64,000 bases of DNA from contig NW_024704743.1 in NCBI RefSeq assembly GCF_018977255.1, forward strand, positions 85,810,001 through 85,874,000. The letters run 5' to 3'. Shown here one piece after another: positions 25,880 through 37,680 of this stretch. A program made the position numbers and the translations under genes. The stretch is from Callorhinchus milii (lineage: Eukaryota). The notes beneath the pieces are model-generated. The model searched no databases, had not been told where the DNA came from, and was given only the letters and a program-made list of their open reading frames with translations. Each line of letters starts with the position of its first letter. Positions within the stretch are counted from its first letter, which is position 1.

Positions 25880-26285
25880 CAGTCAAACCTTCCAGCAACC
25901 ACTAAGGAGACTGGACTAAAATGTCCTTTATGGAAGGATATCCTCTGAGTAAGGGTTCCTTGACTGGGCCCGAATTTTTTAAAAAGTATCTGTGGGCACT
26001 TGTGTAGATTCCTACTAGACTCCGAACACATTTATCAACACCGGCTCACCACGGAGGCAGGAAACTGTTGCTGCTCAGCTGTGTGATGGTAAATATGCTA
26101 GGAATCTAGGGGGAGTCAACATATGGGCCTGAGGAAATTGGTAATGCATTATCAGTTAATGCACCTAAATCCACTTAGAACTGAAAAGGCTGCCTGTACA
26201 CTGACAGAACTAAAAAAGAGTGGCCATTGGCTGCGTTAGACAGATGATTGCTGAATAGAGGTGATTTCTTTAACAGGTTTGACTG
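25880..26285. mobile_element. Tc1/mariner (pogo/Tigger-like) MITE
   Basis: TA|CAGTCAAACCT ... AGGTTTGACTG|TA: perfect 11-bp TIRs with a TA target-site duplication. Confidence 0.8.
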
Positions 26286-28283
26286 TACTTTATATTGAGG
26301 CCAATCAGAGAGCTAAAGATGTCAGCTCAGTTAGACACACTTTTGGCTGTGGTCAGAACATTTTGGGTTCATGTCTAGTACAGTGTTAGAGGAGCTCTGC
26401 CCGGTTGGACATGCTACCTTTCGAAAGAAACATTGAAACTAAGCTCCCTCCTTCATGTGCACTTGAAAGATCCATCCAAGAAAACAATTTGAAAAAGTTC
26501 TCCTAAAACTGAACATATGTGCAGCAATTCGAAGAGATAACAATTAAAAAGAAATTTGGTTTAAAAAATTGATGGAACTCAAAGTGAAAAAGTCTGATGG
26601 CTTTTTTCTGAGAATGCTGAGGGAAGTCAGAAAGGAAATAATAAATTTCAGACCACAATCTTTTGAACATCTTTAGATATGAATGTTGTTCCAGAAGACT
26701 GGAGGGATGTGACTGTTCAGGCGGTCAGTGTCAAGAGGGTGCCTTAGCCAACAAACCTCTAGTTGAATTGCTGATTCACCTCATGGCTGTTTGTGGTCTA
26801 TGAAAAGTGTTGCTGCTTGGCGATAATTATTATAAAATGTTTTTGATGTGTTAAGAAGCTGTAAAAATGTAAGTTACTTCTCTCTAAGAAGGCAACATCA
26901 ATTATTCACTCCACCTACTGAATGATGTACAATAGTTCCCAGTATATTCCTGTATATTCTATTGCATTTATTTTGAATACAGCTGTGTTCCTTTACAAAG
27001 AAAGTAGCTGCTGTCATTTGCTTACTATTTTACTTGATATTAAAGTACTTTAGCAAAAGATGACATACTGAAATATTCTACCGACAAAACAAAACAGAGG
27101 AGAACCATTTCCACAGATATAAATAAAGAAAATGGTTCAATATATATGAAGCCTAGGCTTGCAATGATTCACAGCATGAATCTGTCTAAACATTTTTTTT
27201 ACATTATATGCTAACTGTTGCATGTCATATAGATTAAACATTTCTTGGGCTCCCTGACAGCAATGTTCTTGCAATATTACATAAAACTCCCCAGTCACTC
27301 CCCATTACTGCCACATTAAATGAGGTGTCTTGTCTAGAGTTTCCAAGGTAAGTAAATGTATAAATATGTTTAAAGAGACAGTAAAAATAAAGTAGCAAGC
27401 TATGGGGAAGGGCAGATAAACCACCCACCCATTCAGTGCACAATTAATTGTTATTTTATGTAGTTGTCCCTGAAGCTGTGATTGAAAGGCGTTCTAATTT
27501 GGTTAAACACAATAGTGCAATCACTTACGGATGATATCAACCCTTTATCATATTGGACTCTGGGACTCAAGCACTCTGGGATGCTACCGTGTGTGAGAGG
27601 CGCTATATAAATGCAAATTGTTGATGTTGGCTAACTCCTGTGGCTTCCTCTCTTCATTAATTAAGTAAAATGTATTCTGACTGTAAAGTATAAATTGGCA
27701 CTGACTGATTCAATCGATATTACAAAGAGAGTTAAGAACCAGGAGAATAAAAACAAATCCGATGGGAATATTGGGTCAAGCATATAACTGGAGGGAATTT
27801 TCCTCCCCATTCTTTTGATGGATGTTTCACTGGACGAAATACCAGCTTGTGATATATGCACTACCGAACCATGTGATGCAAACTTCCTTTGACATATAGA
27901 AAGAAAGATTCATAGATTCATAGAAGATACAGCTCAGAAACAGGTCATTCAACCCGTTGTTTATAGTTCACATGGCATTGCACTTGTTTTATGTTATGCC
28001 TGCTTATCATTATTTTGTGTGTGTTATCTGCATTAAGTGAGCAGAGATTTGATTTGAGGTAGGCTTAAAAGAAGATTATTATTGGATGTTAGCTCTTTTC
28101 TGAATTAACTTTTTTAAAAAATCTGCAGGCCCACATGTAGACTCTTGCCAGTTCACTCTACTAGGCATGCCCCACCTCACAGTGCTTGCAGGCCTTCAGT
28201 GGCCAGGACTTCTGACTTTGTCTTAGTTTGAATCCAGTTTATTTGCTATCTTTTGCTCATGGGATTCAAACAATTACATTTTT

Positions 28284-28657
28284 GTGGAGTCCTGTAGCTC
28301 AGTGGTTAAAGCATTCGCCTCAGGATTGAGAGGACCTGGATTCGATTCCCGGGCAGGGCGAAGCATTAGGCAAGTTTCCTTACTCCACATGCTGCTGTTT
28401 ACCTAGCAGTAAGTAGGAACCTAGTTATTTAGTCAAATGACGGGTCACTTTTACGGGGTAATATTTCCTTATAAAAAAAATTTGGTAATTTCATCCACGA
28501 CTGTTTGTGGGTCACTGCTGTGCGCAATTAGCTGCTGTGTTTCACCCACAAAATATACAGAAAATTCACTTTACAGTATATTCTGTGAAGCGTTTTGAGA
28601 CACCTCAAAAACGTGATAAGGCGCTATATCAAATGCAAGCATTATTATTATTATTAT
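28284..28657 (+). mobile_element. tRNA-derived SINE, long form
   Basis: Same head and tail as the short form, plus an internal segment (ctgtttacctagcagtaagtaggaacc...). Confidence 0.9.
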
Positions 28658-29807
28658 ATTTCAGCGCTGAAAAAAGCCAATAAATCCCAGCACTGGCATT
28701 GCAATTACATTAATATGGGAAAAATATGGAATAACACTAATGTTGGAAATGCTGGCTCACCAGGATGGATTTTCCACCCATTGGTCTGGCTAGCTGGGGT
28801 TTTAATGAATGTTCATTTCACTTCTTTAATGAAATGTTATGTATACATGAAGATGCATTGGAGTTATTAGAGGCACAGCAACAAATTCACAAAACCCAAT
28901 GAATGGAAGTAAAGAGCACAAACCCATCCAATGCATGGACCTCACAGAGTTTGCCCACTGCCCTCATCACCTCACTTTCAGGAAATTTGGAAAATCCAAA
29001 TTGTTCTTTGTTTAACTCACAGACTTTCTCTGTGCTGTTCGAAACTTTATTTCAATTCATTGAATGTCTTCCCAACAAATTAATGCCTGCAATAATTCAA
29101 GAATTTCTATAAATGAGTTACTTCCTTGAGTTAAAAGCAATAGCTTGTGTATCATTCCCCAACCACAAACTCCAGATCCACATTAATCAATTTAATAAAA
29201 GACCAAGCACAGATAAAAAATATCTTATACCTCTCTACATTGTTCTATAGCCTTGCCACCACTCCTGCTAATGGAAATAAGCAAATAAATATAGAACAGC
29301 AAGAGGTGATGGAGGGAACTCTTGAAATGGAATATATTTATTTTGTTCTGTGTCACTTATGCTGCAGGCATTACAATTGAAAAAGCCAGGCCAGCCCCCT
29401 CTCAGAAGTGGTGTTGGCATGTTCTGCCATAATGTTTCTGTTGCCAAGATGAGTTTGAGCCATACATTGATGTGGATAGAAGGTTATTGTAAAAATGTAC
29501 TATGCAAGGAAGTTATGGCTGAAGCTGCAAATGACTGTAATTGTCAGGGATACCCACATCATTTCCTGGATATCATTAAGGCTGCGTGGTCAATTTCCTG
29601 CAAGTTCGTTGAATCCTTCCTGCAGGTCTTGCAGTAAATTTAATTGATGAACAGTCTTGAAAGGATTTCCTGTATTTTCAGTGATGTAATATCACTCTCT
29701 CTTAAATGATACATTGATCAAGTTCTGTGTGCTTTAAAATACTAACCTATTCATGTAAATTTAGACCAAGGGGGAATTTCTCTACCAGGAAGCTGGAACA
29801 TTGGTCG

Positions 29808-29965
29808 ATTTTCTCTTCCTTAACCGAGCGACACTGAGGTCAATTGCAGAGCCCACCAGTGTTCTACTTAAAATCAGGTTAAGACCAGCAATCAAACCTT
29901 CAACCTTCCAGCTGTATGCCAATGCTGCTATAGTGGATGATGCCTTTCTCCACTAGGCCATCAGA
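29808..29965 (-). mobile_element. LF-SINE-like 5' relic
   Basis: gattttctcttccttaacc..cactgaggtcaattgcagagccc..caaccttccagctgtatg is the reverse of the LF-SINE-like 5' blocks. Confidence 0.5.
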
Positions 29966-31144
29966 GAAGTCACTGTATTTAATTTCTATCATCTTGCAAA
30001 TACATTGAATTCTATAATTTCACATGAATTTAAGACTACAAGAGAGGTTTCGATGAAAGCATTTTTGCCCATTTGATCTTACCCTTTCAGAATATCAACT
30101 TTACTTATTGTCGTCCTATGAGACCATAAAGCTGTTTCTTAAATAGGTCCACTTCCTGATCTCAACCGCATTTACTGATAATTTGTTCCAATCATTCATT
30201 ACCTTCTGTACAAAGAAATATTTCCTAGTGTCTATTCAAAAATTACAATTCACAACCTGGAACATGCACCATGCATTGGAGCATTTGAAATTATTGTTTT
30301 TGATTTACTCCCTGTATTCTGTTCAGGATCTTATAAACTTCCTGAAAAATTCATTGATCACATCTTATTGTAGAATAATATAATAATATAAATGATAATA
30401 ATCTTTGAATTTGATATAGCGCCTTTCACGTTGGGAGGACAACTCAAAATATTTCACAGGATTTACTATAAAACATGGATGGAGGTCACTGTCCCTATCC
30501 TAGTACTAGTTCCTTGAATGCCCTGTTCCATCCCTGTCCAGTATACAGTATATGGTTTCTCTACAAATATTTACCCAATGTTCTTTAAAATATCCTTGTA
30601 GTCTTATCTTCAATAGTCACTTGTGGCATAGAAATCTGTGTTCTAATAAACCTTTGCTTGAAAAAAGTTTATTCTAACCTCAGCCTAATACAATACAGTT
30701 TGTATCTATGTAGTGCCTTTCATGTCAGGAGGAGATGTTAACACATTTGGCACTGCTGACTGGTCATGCAAGCTGGGGTGGGAGCTGAAGGTGTGTGGAG
30801 AGGGCAAAGATGACCGAAAGCGCAGTCAAAGAGGCATGACTCAAACGGACTCTGGACGAGGTGAGGTAGGGAGCAAGTTGGAGAGACTCTGGAACAAAAC
30901 TCCAGAGAGCATAGGTAGAATGTTAGCCCACCAACTTTGGGGAGGATAGAGTGGGGGACATAAAACTAACAATGCTGATCTCAACCCCCATTTTACTGAT
31001 ACATCACACTTTGAGAATTATCTGACATTATTCAATCCTTCCAAAACATACTTGAGTTAAGACACCTTGATTATATTTGTTATGTGAAGCATTTTAAGAT
31101 ATTCAGATATCATAAGATGGAGGTATTATTGCCACTGGAACAGT

Positions 31145-31512
31145 TAATAATAATAATAATCCTTGAGTTTGATATAGCACTTTTCACATCTTCTAGACGT
31201 CTCAAAGCGCTTCACAGAATATACTGTAAAGTGAATTGACTGTATATTTGTGGGTGAAATGCGGCAGCCAATTGCGCACAGCAGTGTCCCAAAACAGTCG
31301 TGAATTGAGTAACTAAATTATTATTATTTTTTTGAGAGATTATTATCCCCGGAAAAGAGATCCGTCAATCGAACAACTGGGTTCCTATTTACTGCTAGGT
31401 AAACAGAGGCGTGTGGAGTAAGGAAACTTGCCCAACATTTCGCCCTGCCGGAAATCGAATCCAAGTCTCCGGCTTGCGAGGCGAGTGCTCTAACCACTGA
31501 GCTACAAGACTC
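31145..31512 (-). mobile_element. tRNA-Ala SINE, long form
   Basis: (AAT)n at 31145 and reverse head gagtgctctaaccactgagctacaagactc. Anticodon-like loop CTCGCAA. Confidence 0.92.
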
Positions 31513-31913
31513 ATGAGTTAAGGTGACAGCCAGGCTGAATTGATCGCACTCTCACTTCTGAGCCAGAAGGTTATGGGTCCAAGCCTTAAATTGGGACTAA
31601 CGGTGTACACCGACAATGCTGCAGTGTCGGAGGTGTTGCTCTTCTGATGAGACATTCAACGCTATAATAAGGCGCTACATCAAATGCAAGGATTATTATT
31701 ATCATTATTATTATGCGCTAGAGATCTGCGCCCAGCTCATTGTCAACACTGCTTCTAGATGCTGGAGAGTGAGGGAGGAGAATGGGCTGACTGGTCCTTC
31801 AATGATTCTTACCTCCCCCGGAAAAGAGTCTAATTCATATTGATTACTTCTAAATAGTTACACCAGTAAAGATTAAAACTCTTATTTTATTTAGAGCAAA
31901 TGCTTGGTATATA

Positions 31914-32284
31914 TGGAGTCCTGTAGCTCAGTGGCTAGAGCACTCGCCTCGCACGCAAGAGACCTGTGTTTGAATCCCAGCAGGGCAAAATCTTAGGCAA
32001 GTTCCTTACTCCACATGCCTCTGTTTACCTAGCAGTAAATAGGAACCCAGTTGTTAGTCATTTGGCGTATCGCTTTTCCAAGGGTAATAATTCCTTCCAC
32101 AAAAAAAATGTTGCCAGTTACTCAATCCACAACTGTTTGTGGGATACTGCTGTGTGCAATTGACTGCCGCATTTCGCTCACAAAATATACAATTCACTTT
32201 TTACAGTATATTCTGTGAAGCACTTTGAGACATCTCAATGACGTGATATGGCGCTATATCAAATGCAAGGATTATTATTATTAT
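31914..32284 (+). mobile_element. tRNA-Ala SINE, long form
   Basis: tggagtcctgtagctcagtggctagagcactcgcctcgca...gcctctgtttacctagcagtaaataggaacc...aaatgcaaggattattatt. Confidence 0.92.
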
Positions 32285-32559
32285 GTGAAGAAAAGCAGCT
32301 CCGCAATGTCTTGTGAGCTCAACTGTTTGAAACTGCGCAGGTTGATTTTGCTCAATGTAAGGTGATAACTCATAATGGGTCCTAGCAAGTATTGTTTCTA
32401 AATCGCTGTGAATCAAAACTGAGAGGAATTAACTTTGAATATCATTTATACACCCATTGGGGGTCTAACATAACAGGTGATGAGAATTGTTTTTCATAAA
32501 GTGGTGGATACTGGATATAGAACAAATTTCCAGCAAAAGCAATTGATAGTGATATGCCA

Positions 32560-32885
32560 GCCTGGCTAGGTTGGTTGCACTTTTACCTTTGAATTAGAAG
32601 GTTATGAGTTAAACCCCCACATAGGGAATTTGAGCTTATGTTCTCTACGCTGATACTGATGCTGCACAAGGAATAAAGTGCTGCATTGCCAGTACTGTTC
32701 TCCTTCAAATGAGACTATGAAATGCAGTCCTGTCTGCCTATTCAGGTGAATGTTAAAAATCCCATGACACTATTCAAAAAGGGATCATTCATTTAACGGC
32801 TGTTGTGTCACTGTTGTGTGAAAATTGGCTCTTCATTAACCTACAGTCCACAATTTTTTTGAAAACTCTGTGAAGCATTTTGGTA
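32560..32885 (+). mobile_element. Old SacSINE1/Deu-type SINE
   Basis: gccagcctggctaggttgg...gtgctgcattg...cctattcaggtgaatgttaaaaatcccatgacactattc...aaaattggct. Confidence 0.7.
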
Positions 32886-32983
32886 TAATAAAATAAAACT
32901 GAGTTTTTTTGAGAATAGTTTCAATCTGAAAATTCAGAATGCATTGACCAGGAAAGAACCCATAGCAAGTGGCAGTCACATCA

Positions 32984-34200
32984 ACAACGACAACAAATTA
33001 CATTTATTTAGAGTCGTTAATGTCGGGAGGACATCCCAAAGTGCTGGGCAGTGAAGAGTTTCCAATGGAGCTGGGGTCTGGAATCAAGAGGGGTTGAAGG
33101 CAAGGAAGGTGGGATGGAAAAACGACCGAAGGGACGGTCGTTGAAACAGGGCTTGAAGGAGGTAAAGGAGGGCACGAGGCAGAGAGGCTCCGGGATAGAA
33201 TTCAAGAGGGTGGGGAGGAAAGGCTGCAGGCCTAACCATTGATGGTGGAGTGGGCAGGGCGGGGGAAGTGGAGCAGGCCAGTGACCACCGAGCGGAAAGA
33301 GCAGAGAGATTGGTAAAAGTTTAGTATGTTGCAGAGGTAGGGAGGAACAAGACCACGGAGGACTTTAAAGGTGAGGACAAGGTTTTGGACCTGCTCAGTG
33401 AGGTGTAAAATGCATCCATGAATATTGATACTGTCAGATGAGGAAGTGTTGATGGGAGCCAAGCAGGACAGCCTCCATATTGTTGACATTCTAGATGGAA
33501 GCAGAGAGATAGAGTTGGGTATCATCCGCATACATGTGGATGTTAACACCATGCCTGCGGGTGATATATCCGAGTGGGAGCATGTTGATATTAAAAAGGA
33601 GAGGACCGAGCCCTGGGAAACGCCAAAAGTGACAGTTTGCGGGCTGGAGGAGAAGCCATTGGTAGTTAGTGGAGATAATGCGAAAAGTAAGATTGAAACC
33701 AGGCAAGGACAGAAAAATGAAGGTGGAGCTGAGAGGAGAGGCAGCGGAGAAAATAGAGTGATTGACAGTATTGGTAGAGAGATTGAGAAGGAGAGACGGA
33801 GAGAACCCTGGTCACAAATGGTGAGAATGTAATTTGTAGCTTTGACTAGGCTGTCTCTGTACTATGGATAGGATGAAAACCAGATTGGAGGGGATCATAC
33901 AGAGAGTGGTGGGAGAGGGAAGAGTGAAGCTGGGAAGAACGACTCATTCAGAACCTTGGAAAGAAAGGTAAGGTTGGAGATGGGACAGTAGTTTGAGAAG
34001 AGAGATGGGTCAATGGAAAGTTTATTGAGAGTGTGCGTAGTGATGGCTGTTTTAGGGGTTGGGAATGGTGCCAATAGACAGAGAGAGGTTCATAATGTCT
34101 GTTAATAGGGGTCAAGGAAGTGGATCTGGGAGATAAGGAGAGGGTAGGGATGGGGTCAAGGGAGCAGCATAACCAAGCATAACATTTCTTGAGATAACAA
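32984..34200 (-). mobile_element. L2 LINE with RT core, internally deleted
   Basis: Minus [39 protein letters not shown] (YADD), then LVLTFKVLRGLVPPYL. (GTT)n-type tail at 32984. Confidence 0.9.
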
Positions 34201-34334
34201 CTTTCAAACCAGAGAGTCATAAATATATAATTTCTGAGTCTTTCGTTAAGCTCTCTGAAATGCTACCCTGCGTGGAGGGTGCATTGTAAGTGCAAGTTGT
34301 TTGTGTTAAGTTTCAAACATGGTGACTATAATAA

Positions 34335-34910
34335 TATTTAGAATTCTTGCATTTGAAATTGTGCCTTATCATGTAATGGAAATGTCTCAAAATGCTTCAC
34401 AGGATTGACTATAATCTGTAATAGTGGCTACATACCTTGTAGGCGAAAGCAGCAGCCAATTTGTGCACAACAAAAATCAGCAAACAGTCATGACATGAAT
34501 GAAAATTTTATCTGGGGATTGTTAGCCAGGACACCTGGAGAAACTCCCTCTTTTTATAATACTATCATTGGATCTTTAACGTTCAGCTGAACAGCAAACT
34601 CAGTCTGATCTAAAGAAAGATGACATCAATGCAGTGCACTGCCAGCTCAGTATTGGTGTGTCAGCTCAAAGTCCCGACTCAGAATTTGAACTCACAACAA
34701 GATAACATTGGTTATTCATGGCTATTTGTGGGACAATGCTTTGTGCAAATTGCCCGCTGTGTTTTGCCTGCAAAGATACAGTCACTACACTTCACTGTTA
34801 AAGTGTTTTGAGATGCCTTGATGATGTGATAAAGCATTTATATCAAATGCAAGGATTATTATAACCTTCTGATTTAAAGGTACCAGTGCTACCAATTGAG
34901 CCAGGCTGAT
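34335..34910 (-). mobile_element. Old SINE (minus) with a plus-strand SINE 3' half inserted at ~34705-34862
   Basis: The reverse head is split: gaatttgaactcacaac ... aaccttctgatt..agtgctaccaattgagccaggctga. Between the halves lies gctatttgtgggac...aaatgcaaggattatt. Confidence 0.7.
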
Positions 34911-35214
34911 TATTACCAGATTACTACATTATTACCAGATTACTACACAGGATTTTCTAGAATATACAAGTCTGATTAAAAATTTCTGCTCTGAGAATTA
35001 AATACGGATCACCAAATAGTTCCCATTTAACTCCACCCCGAAAATTGCATGGCATTCAACCCAATTTCTTCTTCTGGAAGCTGTGTTGAAATATGATACC
35101 AACACACTGGAATGTTAGCCTAGACTATGGCTTTAAAGTCCCTAGAATTCAAAAGCTTTTGACTCAAAGGCAAGAATGTACCAACTGAGTCAGGCTGACA
35201 CCACAGAGAAAACA

Positions 35215-35820
35215 TGTGTACTCCATGGAAGGGGGAAATTGAAAGAGATCTTGGCTTCTTGGTTGACTTGTCATCATTCATCATGCCAAACAGTGTGAAG
35301 CAGCAATAAACAAGGTAATTAGGATGCCTGACTATATTATTAAATTAGTTGAGTTTAGTTCCCCAGAAGTCATATAACAAGGCCATAATGGTGTGAGATG
35401 CTACCCTGAATGGAGGGCACTATATCAGTGCAAGTTGTTGGGGTTGTTGTTTTTGTTGTATATACTGCTCCGATCAGATCATATCCAGAATATTGCATTC
35501 AGTTCTGGTCAGGCAGTGCAGAAAAGAGCAATGAGGTTGATCCCCAGTGTTAGAGGAATGAGCTATAAACAATGATTAGACAAGCTAGGGCATTTCAGAC
35601 AGTCTTGAAAGCAGATGTATCAGAGGGCACGTTATAGAGATATAGTATAAAAAATGTACAGTAAACATGATTGAAAAGTAAACCCAGATTAATAATTTAG
35701 GATAGGCAAAGATAGTAGAACAAAATAACATGGTCTTGATGCTGTGTGGAAGAACATTAGGGTGGACAATCTGTAACTATGAGATTAAATGCATTGAAGA
35801 GCTTTCTTCATCCAAACTAA
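35215..35820 (+). mobile_element. Degenerate CR1 ORF2 C-terminal fragments and 3' end
   Basis: ERDLG, AVQKRAMRLIPSVRGMSY, ..LERRC-like and SRTK..HG motifs; interrupted by an L2 tail at ~35395-35460. Confidence 0.7.
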
Positions 35821-35844
35821 ATGTGTAATGTTGTGATTTTGTGT

Positions 35845-36115
35845 TTGCAGCTTGTGTAGGGAGGACCTGAGGAAGCCAATGGGCAAGCAGGCTGTTGGAA
35901 TAATCAAGCCTGGGCATGATGAAGGAATGACAGAGGGTTTTGGCAGTCCTGGGGCAGAGGTAGTGATGGATGTGGGGACTGTTGCAGAGGTGAGAGAAAA
36001 CTGTATGAGTGAGAGTCTGGATGAAAGAGAGTTGGTGGTGGGGGGTCAAACAAGGCATTGAAGTTCCACACGGGCTTAGTGAAGTGGAATGAGCATCCAT
36101 GCAGATCAGTATCAG
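35845..36115 (-). mobile_element. L2 ORF2 fragment
   Basis: Minus ORF SHLCN..HHYLCPRTAKTLCHSFIMPRLDYSNSLL. Confidence 0.8.
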
Positions 36116-36784
36116 TCATCCCTCCCCGCACTCCCCCAACCCCCACCCCACCCCCCCCCACCCCGCACCCCACTCCGACCCCTCTCTGAGTTTCAAACTT
36201 TTTCTGCCTTTTTTTTATTTTTGTAAAATTTGAAAGATGAAAGAGTTTTAGTTTGCTCAATTCATGTCTATTGTTTGACCCTGTGGAAATCATGCAATAT
36301 GGGTTAAAGGAGAAACCATTTGTGGTATGAGTGATAATATGTTGGGCTTTGGGGAAAATAGCTTCAAGGAGCCATTTTATAAAATAAGATGAAGTCAGAC
36401 AATGAAATTGTGATGAGGTTTATACCTAAAGTATTGAAGACAAACACATTTTAATCAGTTACGTATTCATACATTTATTGCTAAGTCAGGACTCTGACTC
36501 CTCGGATGCTCTGATAAACAAAGTCAGAGCCGAATTGATTGAAATTTGCTATTCTGGCAAAGTGTAAACAAACCGCTTGACCTGTGGAAATATGTGCGAC
36601 TTACAGCACTTTGACGGTAAAGGGAGGAAAATAACAGTTTGAATAGATCGCGTTTCAGAGAAAGTGAATTGTTTGTTTTATTCAAACAATGGATTAAATT
36701 TAAAGATGCATTTCTTGGCAACAAAGCAGAATTGTTCAAATGCCCTTGAAAGCCTTGAGCAATCATTCCTTAGTGAGTCACTAA

Positions 36785-36913
36785 AAATTGGCTGCCGCAT
36801 TTCGCCCACAAATATACAGTCAATTCACTTTACAGTCTATGCTGTGAAGCGCTTTGAGATGTCTAGAAGACATGAAAAACGCTATGTCAAATGCAAGGAT
36901 TATTATTATTATT
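36785..36913 (+). mobile_element. 5'-truncated young SINE (3' part)
   Basis: aattggctgccgcatttcgcccacaaatatacagtcaattcac...aaatgcaaggattattatt. Confidence 0.85.
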
Positions 36914-37099
36914 AAAGTTTCTAAAGTCAACAGAAATGCAAAGTGGTACAGAAAACATATGATATTTAAACAAAGTGGGGTTCAATGTAAGGCAGAACAG
37001 GTTAAAACAAAATGGGGTATGATCTGCAGTATTTCTTAATGGCACAAGAAATAAGGAATAACATTCTATCAACATTTCGAGCATTTACTGTAATAGGCT

Positions 37100-37357
37100 A
37101 CAACAACAACAACGAGATTCCATTTATAGAGCGCCTTTCACGTCGGGAGGACGTCCCAAGGCGCTGTACAGTTGGGTCAGGACCCGGGCAGGGGGGAAAT
37201 GGTGAGGGGAGGGAAGGGAGGGAGCGAGGAGGGGGTAGAGAGTCGAGAGGGGAGCTGAAGGCATGGTCAAAGAGAAAGGTCTTGAGACCGGCCTTGAAGG
37301 AGGAAAGGGAGGAAGCGGCGAAGGCACTGGGAGATAGAGTTCCAGAGCTTAGGGGCT
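37100..37357 (-). mobile_element. Young L2 3' end
   Basis: (CAA)n gagattccatttatagagcgcctttcacgtcgggaggacgtcccaaggcgctg; near-identical to 48446-48790 and 50698-50925. Confidence 0.92.
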
Positions 37358-37609
37358 AGCAAAACATCTTGCAAATCTGTTCATATACTGAATATGTTCA
37401 CTACATATTCAGTCGCTGTACATCAAATGTTGTAAGATGTGGGTTGTTATTCATAGTCCAGACAATTAATTAAAAAATTTGTCCCACTTCTCACATGCAA
37501 AACATTTGACTTGCTGCAAGATCTTATCACCGTTTTGGACTACTAAAGGTGATGAAAATGAAAAATTATGAGGAGACATTTTATTAGGAAATATTTCAAC
37601 CTCCAAAGA

Positions 37610-37680
37610 AAATAAAAATAAAAACAGAAGTAAGAGAAAAATGAGTTCATGTTTCAGATCGATGACCTTTCATCAGAACC
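37610..37680 (-). mobile_element. Penelope-like repeat fragment with hammerhead-like core
   Basis: Minus strand: ggtt CTGATGA a aggtc atc gatct GAAAC atg aact. Confidence 0.6.

Noticed and set aside
36121..36185. C-rich tract giving a Gly/Val ORF segment
   Set aside because: Low-complexity sequence beside an L2 fragment.
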